Assembly (NCBI GenBank): GCA_019058275.1
Contig: JAHLVW010000019.1
Location: 1-46,628 of the forward strand
DNA length: 46,628 bases
Source: Candidatus Heimdallarchaeota archaeon
Lineage (GTDB): Archaea > Asgardarchaeota > Heimdallarchaeia > JABLTI01
Reading direction: 5' to 3'
Shown: positions 39,707-46,628 of the stretch, in pieces
Layout of the letters: every line of letters begins with the position of its first letter
Numbering within the stretch: position 1 is the first letter of the stretch
Position numbers and translations under genes: made by a program
The notes under the pieces: generated by a model
What the model saw: the letters and a program-made list of their open reading frames with translations, nothing else
The model's database searches: none
Told to the model about the DNA's origin: nothing

Positions 39707-39892
39707 ATGAGGGATAAAATATTTAGTATGCCAACCTGTTCTTGCTGTTTAAGAAAGATATCACCAGATGATGTCGGATCAGTCAAATTCAGATGTCCAA
39801 GTTGCGGTGATGTTGTTCATGTACGTTGTTCCTTCTGTAGGCAAAAAGAAATAAACTACACTTGTCCAGCATGCGGATTCGTAGGTCCTTAA
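39707..39892 (+). CDS. Archaeal Zn-ribbon putative RNA-binding protein (DUF1610/HVO_2753-like)
   Basis: Four CxxC-type motifs ending in YTCPACGFVGP. Confidence 0.88.
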   Translation: MRDKIFSMPTCSCCLRKISPDDVGSVKFRCPSCGDVVHVRCSFCRQKEINYTCPACGFVGP

Positions 39893-39898
39893 TTTTTT

Positions 39899-39916
39899 TG
39901 AGAGATTTTTCTCTCA
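39899..39916. terminator. Inverted repeat at a convergent junction
   Basis: TGAGAGA-TTTT-TCTCTCA flanked by T-rich tracts. Confidence 0.45.
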
Positions 39917-39943
39917 TTTATTACTTTTCTTTATTTTTCGACT

Positions 39944-41106
39944 TTAGAGATTTTTCAATCTTTGAATTGTTTCATCAATTTGATCCATTGAAATAGAACC
40001 AAAGCTTGCTCTAAGATATCCTTCACCTGAAGGACCAAATTCAGTTCCTGGTACTAGAACTACTTTTTGCTTATCAAAAATCCTCTCACTTAATTCAACA
40101 GCTGTAGTATAATCCTTGTGAAAAGTAACCTTCGGAAAAGCGTAGAAACTTCCTTCAGGTTTTCGACAGTTAAAACCATCAATACTATTGAATCCTTTTA
40201 CTATCTTGTCCATACGTTCTTTCAAAATATCTTTCAGATTATTCGTAAAATCATCTGCTTCTTTTGTGTTTATAAATTCACCTAGTGCATTTTGTTGAGC
40301 AGATGGTGCATTGGCAACAATGAAGCTATGCATCTTTATCATCTGAGATATCATTTCTTTTGGTCCAGCTGCGTAACCTATTCTCCATCCAGGAATACAA
40401 TATGTCTTGGAATAACTATTTAATAATAAAGTTCGTTCATATGTTCCATCTAGAGCAGGGATACGTATGTGTTTGTCGTCAGTGAATATACATCTTTCAT
40501 AAACTTCATCTGTTAAAAGAATAAGATTATTATCAACAGCAAGATCTATTATTGGTTTTAGTTCTAATGCTGTCATTATTTCTCCAGTAGGATTTGAAGG
40601 GAAATTCAAGATTATTGCTTTTGTACGATCAGTAACTAAATCTTGCAGATTTGAAGTGTCAATCTTGAGTTCATCAGTAGGCTTCATCCAAACTGGTTTT
40701 CCACCAGCCAATTGGATTTGTCGTGGATAGGTTAAGAAAGAAGGATCAGGTAATAGTACCTCATCTCCTGGATCAATAAAGCTCATCAAAGAACAGTATA
40801 TTGCTTCCCATCCACTAGCAGTTGCAAGAATTTGTGTATCTGATCATAATCAAGATTATACCATCGCTTATTTTGCTCTGCAACAGCATCTCTGTATTTC
40901 TTTGTTCCGGGTGTTGGTGAATAATAATTGTCACCATTTTCAACTAATTTAACAACAGCATCAATTAATCCTTTTGGTGTTGGAATATTGGGTTGACCAA
41001 TTCCAAGACTTATAACACCGGGAATACCTTGAGCACGTGAGAAGAGTTTACGAATCCCAGAAGGTGCGATGTTATCTAATCTTTCAGCATTTTTCATTTT
41101 AGTCAT
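39944..41106 (-). pseudogene. Class I/II PLP aminotransferase split by a single-base deletion near 40842 (pseudogene or sequencing error)
   Basis: N-part (SLGIGQP...YSPTPG) and C-part (NFPSNPTG, DEVY, SYSKTYCIPGWRIG) are joined by restoring one C, giving YD-PDTQILATASGWEAIY. Confidence 0.85.
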
Positions 41107-41285
41107 AATATAACAACCATGCAATAACCATTATAATACTAAAGTCACGTTTCCTAAATTCAAAAGCTTTTTGTCTATTAATAACTTTAATTTCCGAGTT
41201 TGAAAAATAAGAGTACTACCAATGAATTTTAAAACATACACTATTCTTCGATGAGATAAATAATAACAACTAGAGGTAAAAGAAT

Positions 41286-42218
41286 TTGAAGATCTTTGCT
41301 TTTCAAACAAAAGATGGTGTGGAAAGATTAGGAACATTTTGGAATGATATTGAAGTCTTTGATATAGTGAAAGTTGGAGAACGTTTACCAAAACCCAAAT
41401 TTGAAGTAATAAAGAATATGGAAGAACTAATCTCTATGGGTGATAAAAGCATCAAGAAATTAAATAAAATGATCAAGGAATTGAAAGAACTTGAAGTTAA
41501 TGACCTAGAAATATTCACTGAAATAAAAACAAATGCGTTTTACCCAGTAAAAGAAATAAAATTCTTACCACCCCTTACAAACCCTCAGAAGATTATCTGT
41601 TTGGGAAGAAACTTTCTTGAGCATGCAAAGGAAGGAGGAAAAGAACCTCCAATAAATCCAATGATTTGGGGAAAATTCAATACAGCAATCATTGGGCATC
41701 AAGATAATATTATTTTACCAAAAATATCTGAAAAGGTAGATGTTGAAATCGAATTAGTTGTAGTGATTGGAAAAGAGGGTAAGCATATTCCTGAGGAAGA
41801 AGCATTGGAATATGTATGGGGTTATACAATTGGTAATGATGTAACTGCTCGAGATTATCAGTATACCGACAAGCAATTTACTCGAGCAAAAACTATGGAT
41901 ACATTTGCACCTTTGGGACCATGGATAGTTACATCAGATGAATTAACTGATCCACAAAAACTAGAATTAGAATTAAAAGTAAATGGAAATACATGGCAAA
42001 AATCTCATACAAAACATATGATTTTCTCAGTTGCTTACACTATAGCTTATTTATCAAAGTCATTTACTTTCAAGCCAGGGGATTTGATTTTTACAGGAAC
42101 ACCATCAGGTGTAGGTCATTATCAAAAACCACCAGTATACCTGAAAAAGGGTAACATTATCACTTTATCTATTGAAAATATTGGTGTACTATCAAATCCA
42201 GTTGTAGAAGAAGAATAA
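41286..42218 (+). CDS. Fumarylacetoacetate hydrolase family protein
   Basis: KIICLGRN, DVEIEL, GNDVTARD, KTMDTFAPLGP, GDLIFTGTP. Confidence 0.93.
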   Translation: MKIFAFQTKDGVERLGTFWNDIEVFDIVKVGERLPKPKFEVIKNMEELISMGDKSIKKLNKMIKELKELEVNDLEIFTEIKTNAFYPVKEIKFLPPLTNPQKIICLGRNFLEHAKEGGKEPPINPMIWGKFNTAIIGHQDNIILPKISEKVDVEIELVVVIGKEGKHIPEEEALEYVWGYTIGNDVTARDYQYTDKQFTRAKTMDTFAPLGPWIVTSDELTDPQKLELELKVNGNTWQKSHTKHMIFSVAYTIAYLSKSFTFKPGDLIFTGTPSGVGHYQKPPVYLKKGNIITLSIENIGVLSNPVVEEE

Positions 42219-42298
42219 GCATTCTTTCTTTACAACTACTTCTCTTCATTATATATTATTTAAATACTTGAATAAAACAAATTTATTTAGAAAAGAAA

Positions 42299-42658
42299 AT
42301 GGAAGAGTCTGATTTAATTCATAAAACAGCTTATTCTTTAGAGGGAAAATGGCTAGGTGATATAATACGAATTGAAGGAACATCTGAAGCCAGGATTTTA
42401 GATGACAAACCTCATTTGATTATTAAAATTGATAGGTTTTTAGCTGATTCAGATATCATTGAAATTTCAATAGATAGAATAATTACTATTGAAAAGAAAG
42501 ATGTATTTTTGGATATACCAATAAAAGAGTTTAGGGTTTTGCAAAAGGCTTATCGAGCAGAAAGAAAGTACAAAGTAAAAGTTGCAAAAGCAAAAACAGC
42601 TGCAAAAGAAGCTCAAGAAAAAGCATATACAAGAGCTATGACAAGAAGAAGAATATAG
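42299..42658 (+). CDS. PRC-barrel-like protein with a basic helical tail
   Basis: KTAYSLEGKWLGDI...IEISIDRIITI..KDVFL. Confidence 0.55.
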   Translation: MEESDLIHKTAYSLEGKWLGDIIRIEGTSEARILDDKPHLIIKIDRFLADSDIIEISIDRIITIEKKDVFLDIPIKEFRVLQKAYRAERKYKVKVAKAKTAAKEAQEKAYTRAMTRRRI

Positions 42659-42693
42659 AAATAAAAAGGGTTTTTGGTATGCAAAGTAGTAAA

Positions 42694-44289
42694 TTACCAA
42701 CCAATTGCACAGCCATCTCTTCTTGGATCAGAACCACCAAAAAGAACATCCTTTTCATTGTCAATTGCTATTGCTTGCGCTCCACCAAAGAATTCTCCAA
42801 TATCTGATCGAATAGTATGTCCCTTAGATATGAGCTCAGCTCGAGTTTTAATTCCAATACCTTGTTCCAAAGCAATCATATTGTCATCGTAGTGTTTAAA
42901 TCTAGGTGCTTCAATTGCTTGTTGCACATTCATTCCGTATTCAACAAGATTTAGAAAAACTTGCATTTGACCTTGTGGTTGCATATCACCACCCATTACA
43001 CCGAAGTTCAATACAGGTAAATCATTTTGGAAAACCATAGCAGGTATAATCGTTTGGAATGGTCTTTTCCTAGGTTCCAAAGAGTTCAAATGCTTTGGAT
43101 CTAAAGAGAATAAAGCTCCTCTGTTTTGTAAACAAATACCTGTTCCCTCAACAACATATCCTGAACCAAAACCAAAATACAAGCTGTTGATGAATGAAAC
43201 AACATTTCTGTCCTTATCAACTACTGATAGATAAATAGTATCTCCATGTGACCAATCCAGACCTGGTTTGACATTTTCAGCTGCTTTGTTAAGATTAATT
43301 CTATTTTGTTGCTTAACTGAATATTCATCTGAAAGCAATTCATCTAACGGCAATTTATTGAAATCTGGGTCAGCAGCAAATGTTCGTAAATCTGCCCATG
43401 CAAGCTTCTTTGCTTCTATAAGTAAATGCAAATACTGTGAAGAATTATGAATCATAGATTCCAATTCAAAACCTTTCGCAATATTAAGACCTAAAAGTGT
43501 AGCAATACCTTGACCATTAGGTGGGCATTGAAACATTTCATAATCCTTATATTTGCTGCTTATGGGAGTATCCCATTGTGCTTCAAAAGCAGCAAAATCC
43601 TCTAGTGTAAAGAAACCTTCATTTTCTTCAGAAAACTTGACAATCTTCTTTGCTATTGATCCTTTATAGAATTCCTCTGCTCCTCCCTTTGCAATTGTTT
43701 TGAATGTCTTTGCCAAATCTTTCGAGTAAAACATTTCTCCAACGATTGGTGGACATCCGTTTGGTAAATAATTCTTAACAGTTGCTGGATGACTATTTAA
43801 TTTCTCAACAGCTCGATGCCATGAATAGCTTGCTAACTCACTCACTGGAAATCCATTTTCAGCATAATAAATAGCTGGTTCTAACACTTCCTTGAAACCC
43901 ATTGTTCCGTATTCGTTTAATGCTTTTTCAAAACCACTTACAGCTCCAGGAACACTGACAGCTTGTAAACCAATTAGAGGAATCTTATCTAATCCTTTAT
44001 CTTTAAAATAATCAATTGTAAGATTCTCTGGTGACCAACCACTAGCATTCAGAGAATGTAACTTGTTATCTTTCTGACTATAAATAAGCGCAAAAGCATC
44101 TCCGCCTATTCCTGTACTCATCGGTTCAACAACATTCAAAGTAGCTGCAACAGCTACAGCAGCATCTATGGCATTTCCATCCTTCTTCAATATATCAATA
44201 CCAGCTTGAACAGCTAAAGGCTGACTAGATGCAACCATACCGTTTTTTCCAACAATCATTGAACGATGAGAATTTCTTATTTCAAACAT
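42694..44289 (-). CDS. ggt: Gamma-glutamyltransferase family (Ntn hydrolase)
   Basis: GNAIDAAVA, GIGGDAF, nucleophile in GDTIY, LQNRG, MGGDMQPQG, SDPRRDG. Confidence 0.94.
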   Translation of the reverse strand: MFEIRNSHRSMIVGKNGMVASSQPLAVQAGIDILKKDGNAIDAAVAVAATLNVVEPMSTGIGGDAFALIYSQKDNKLHSLNASGWSPENLTIDYFKDKGLDKIPLIGLQAVSVPGAVSGFEKALNEYGTMGFKEVLEPAIYYAENGFPVSELASYSWHRAVEKLNSHPATVKNYLPNGCPPIVGEMFYSKDLAKTFKTIAKGGAEEFYKGSIAKKIVKFSEENEGFFTLEDFAAFEAQWDTPISSKYKDYEMFQCPPNGQGIATLLGLNIAKGFELESMIHNSSQYLHLLIEAKKLAWADLRTFAADPDFNKLPLDELLSDEYSVKQQNRINLNKAAENVKPGLDWSHGDTIYLSVVDKDRNVVSFINSLYFGFGSGYVVEGTGICLQNRGALFSLDPKHLNSLEPRKRPFQTIIPAMVFQNDLPVLNFGVMGGDMQPQGQMQVFLNLVEYGMNVQQAIEAPRFKHYDDNMIALEQGIGIKTRAELISKGHTIRSDIGEFFGGAQAIAIDNEKDVLFGGSDPRRDGCAIGW

Positions 44290-44352
44290 TTCCAAACCTC
44301 AAACGAATTCTGTCGCTTAATTTTTATAACTTGTGGTAATGAAAGTATACCT

Positions 44353-44735
44353 ATGATTATTGGTGTCGATGTAGTATATATACATGTGAAAGACTCATAT
44401 ATGATGTTAAAGTGGTATAAAGAAAAACTTGCTTAGAGATAAATTTCTCAGAACCAGATAAAAGCTGGTAAGAATTCTCTTTTAATGATACAAGACCTCC
44501 CACTAGATTTGCTTTGGATTATGGTAGTCCTAATCCTTCACCTGTTGAACAACAACCAATAATAATTTCATTTAAAGTTGAGAACATTGAAATAGCAGTG
44601 AATAAATTGGTGAAAAAAGATGTAGAATTTGTTGGCAAGAGTAAGATATTCGATGTAGGACCTACACTGGTTGTTATACTTATGGATCCAGAAGGAAACT
44701 TCTTACAATTATCTCAGAGAAAAAAAATGTGCTAA
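44353..44735 (+). pseudogene. VOC/glyoxalase family gene with a frameshift and a premature stop
   Basis: MIIGVDVVYIHVKD...WYKEKL, then a one-base deletion near 44431, then in-frame TAA at 44469-44471, then IISFKVENIE...MDPEGNFLQL. Confidence 0.8.
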
Positions 44736-44766
44736 CTTATTTGCCAATAATATAATAAGAAAAAAA

Positions 44767-45861
44767 TTAACGGATCTTTTTAACACCCGTCGTCATTTTG
44801 TCTAAAGCATTAAGAGTTTCAGGATGTTTGTTGAAATACTTGTGAACTGGTTCGAGGATTTTGCCAAGCTCGATAACAACAGCATTCTTAAGATCCATTG
44901 GATGAAGTTTTCCTGCGATATAATCATTCTCAAGATCTGCATATGTAATATACTCGAGGTCTCCACCAAACTTCTCAGGTCGTATAATATCCAATGTTGC
45001 ATTATCACGACCAAAGATTACATACTTACAGATATCAATGATAGGATTACCTTCAATAACTTTTGCTGGACAAAAAGCTGTTTTCATTTTCTTCTTCAAA
45101 TCAGCATCAGTATCATGAATATAGATACAAGTTTCTGGTTTGGATTTACTCATCTTAGCTTCAATCTTGGCCATATCTGGATCAGCATCAGAATCCATTT
45201 TTGAACCTACACCAGTTAAACCTGCAATTAAAGGAGTATGAACAGCAATTGGTTTTGGTTTGCCAAGATTATTAGCACAGTCTCGAGTAATCATATGAGC
45301 TTTTCTTTGGTCCATACCACCATAAGCAATATCAATATCCATATAGAAAATATCAGCTGCTTGCATAGCAGGATAGTAAACCCAGGCACTTTCAACATTC
45401 TTGGTTTCCATGGAACGGCCCATGATTGGCAATGCTCGAAGTACTCTATTTAATGAGGTGCTTTTAGCAACTTTAATCAGAGTTGCCCAGTAATCAGAAT
45501 CATTAACTAACTCGCTTGACCATCTGTAGCTAACTTTATCCTCAGTTAAACCAAGAGCAATATAACCTTGTCTAAAGTACTCACCTGCGATTTTAATTTT
45601 CTCAAGATCGCCGTCGAGTTTATTGTTAACCCAACTGTGCCAATCTGCGAGAAAAATGGTCATGTTTACCCCAGCATTCACTAGGTCATGTATCTTCATA
45701 GCGCAAAGCAACCCATTACCGATATGCAATCTACCGCTTAACTCAAAACCTATGTAAGCATTGGGTTTTTTCTTTTGTTTAAAGAGGGGTACTATCTCCT
45801 CTGTTTTGATCACTTCCTCTGCATTGCGAGTGATCAATCGTATTTTTTCGTCAATTTTCAT
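44767..45861 (-). CDS. tyrS: Archaeal tyrosyl-tRNA synthetase
   Basis: AYIGFE, HIGN, YPAMQAAD, GGMDQRK, KMSKS, LHPMDLK. ATG at 45861 with GAGGAG upstream. Confidence 0.96.
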   Translation of the reverse strand: MKIDEKIRLITRNAEEVIKTEEIVPLFKQKKKPNAYIGFELSGRLHIGNGLLCAMKIHDLVNAGVNMTIFLADWHSWVNNKLDGDLEKIKIAGEYFRQGYIALGLTEDKVSYRWSSELVNDSDYWATLIKVAKSTSLNRVLRALPIMGRSMETKNVESAWVYYPAMQAADIFYMDIDIAYGGMDQRKAHMITRDCANNLGKPKPIAVHTPLIAGLTGVGSKMDSDADPDMAKIEAKMSKSKPETCIYIHDTDADLKKKMKTAFCPAKVIEGNPIIDICKYVIFGRDNATLDIIRPEKFGGDLEYITYADLENDYIAGKLHPMDLKNAVVIELGKILEPVHKYFNKHPETLNALDKMTTGVKKIR

Positions 45862-45999
45862 TTTTTTGTAGCTCCTCGATTTTCCAGTTCTAATATGCCA
45901 CAAAAATGGAGGCAACTAGACTAGGTAAGAAGGGGTAACATACATTAGAAAGAATCAATGAATGCCTGCACCGTTCCTTTTTTTATGGACAATTATTCC

Positions 46000-46130
46000 A
46001 ACACTGATTGAAAAAGTTTATCCATACCCAGTCACTGCAACAAGTCCATTGGTACGGCTCATCTCTGGTCCTCCGCTAGGAACAGTTGAGCGGAGGGTTC
46101 CCATCTCCTGATAGGGGATGGGGCTGGTGT
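46000..46130 (-). ncRNA. Candidate omegaRNA/reRNA scaffold overlapping the tnpB 3' end
   Basis: Stem-loops CCTCCGCT/AGCGGAGG (46070-46096) and CCCATC/GATGGG (46100-46122) lie in the post-RuvC tail. TnpB guide RNAs are known to overlap this position. Confidence 0.45.
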
Positions 46131-46628
46131 CTTTGAGACTTTTACTTTGTTTATAATCTATGAAGCTTGCTCGATAAATGTTTATTACTGCGATATAATC
46201 TCTATCTGCTGAGAAGCCACAGTTTGAGCAGTGGAACCAGCGACCTCTTGTAGTGGGAACAAGATTGTTTGGTCCGAGCACTTTTTGTCCTTTGCTGGTG
46301 CAGCGTGGACAGTGAGAGGATGTATTCCAAGGGCAAACTTTTTGGAGCACAAGTCCTGCTTCCTGACATTTATACTCAAGGAGGTGTGCGATTCGTCCCC
46401 TGAGCCATTCTGAGAGCCTTCGTGACCAACCTCTTCGTCCTCGTGGTGGTTTGTATGAGCGCAGGTCCTCGATGATAATTTTTGTGCAATGTCCATTGAG
46501 AGCTTTCTGCATGAGGTTATTAGTTGTTGCGTATGCTAATTCATCCCCAAGACGATTTCTCTTCGCATATAGTCTTCTTCGCTCTTCTTCCTTTCTCTCT
46601 TTGCTTGGTGACTTGTTTAGGTTTGCTA
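46018..46628 (-). CDS. tnpB: TnpB-family RNA-guided endonuclease (IS200/IS605/IS607-type), 5'-truncated
   Basis: Frame is open to the window end. RuvC-II IIIEDL, Zn finger CPRC...CSNC, RuvC-III DRDYIAVINI. Confidence 0.9.
   Translation of the reverse strand, partial: ANLNKSPSKERKEEERRRLYAKRNRLGDELAYATTNNLMQKALNGHCTKIIIEDLRSYKPPRGRRGWSRRLSEWLRGRIAHLLEYKCQEAGLVLQKVCPWNTSSHCPRCTSKGQKVLGPNNLVPTTRGRWFHCSNCGFSADRDYIAVINIYRASFIDYKQSKSLKDTSPIPYQEMGTLRSTVPSGGPEMSRTNGLVAVTGYG

Larger units (their letters stand above)
45990..46628 (-). mobile_element. Right portion of a TnpB-encoding insertion element; boundary approximate
   Basis: Contains tnpB. G+C counted at 33/60 (46021-46080) and 35/60 (46381-46440), against about 20/60 in typical host lines. 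Confidence 0.65.

Noticed and set aside
40786-40860. Programmed ribosomal frameshift in the aminotransferase
   Set aside because: No slippery sequence or stimulatory structure; a simple one-base deletion explains it.
44469-44471. Recoded stop (Sec/Pyl) in the VOC gene
   Set aside because: The codon is TAA, not TGA or TAG, and it comes with a frameshift.
45541-45861. Mosaic, higher-GC 5' part of tyrS
   Set aside because: Per-line G+C counts fluctuate (about 19-28 of 60) along the whole gene with no clear step.
2525-46496. Numerous 60-126 aa ORFs antisense to or nested in long genes (e.g. 4330-4641, 8685-9002, 22279-22611, 44824-45204, 46185-46496)
   Set aside because: Shadow ORFs of well-supported genes, with no motifs or independent start signals.
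1-46628. CRISPR array, tRNA, rRNA or SRP RNA
   Set aside because: Intergenic gaps are short and AT-rich; I saw no regularly spaced repeats or GC-rich cloverleaf-like segments.

Overview
AT-rich, densely coding archaeal sequence, most consistent with an Asgard archaeon. Evidence for this: archaeal GatDE, archaeal-type Mat and TyrRS, uS13-uS4-uS11, Rab-like and MglA/Arf-like small GTPases, longin-like domains and GGTGA-type Shine-Dalgarno motifs. The window looks like a whole contig that breaks at mobile-element-like DNA on both ends: a 5'-truncated tyrosine recombinase plus an RHH regulator on the left, and a 5'-truncated TnpB on the right. Most genes in between are housekeeping or metabolic: mat, dnaJ, tldD/pmbA, tatD, iscS/iscU, class II HMG-CoA reductase, gatD/gatE, ggt, tyrS. 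I found no tRNA, rRNA or CRISPR array. The most interesting items are: (1) a 7TM protein fused to a longin-like domain; (2) a Rab-like GTPase with a C-terminal leucine zipper, co-oriented behind a long coiled-coil protein; (3) a circularly permuted family-5 solute-binding protein with a PGF-type C-terminal anchor; (4) a LeuC/LeuD-like pair with several altered active-site motifs; (5) an uncharacterised three-gene unit with a shared internal motif and an inverted repeat flanking its TATA box; (6) an HtpX-like protease with an EF-hand-like insertion; (7) several apparent pseudoenzymes. All family calls come from motif recognition by eye, not from database searches.
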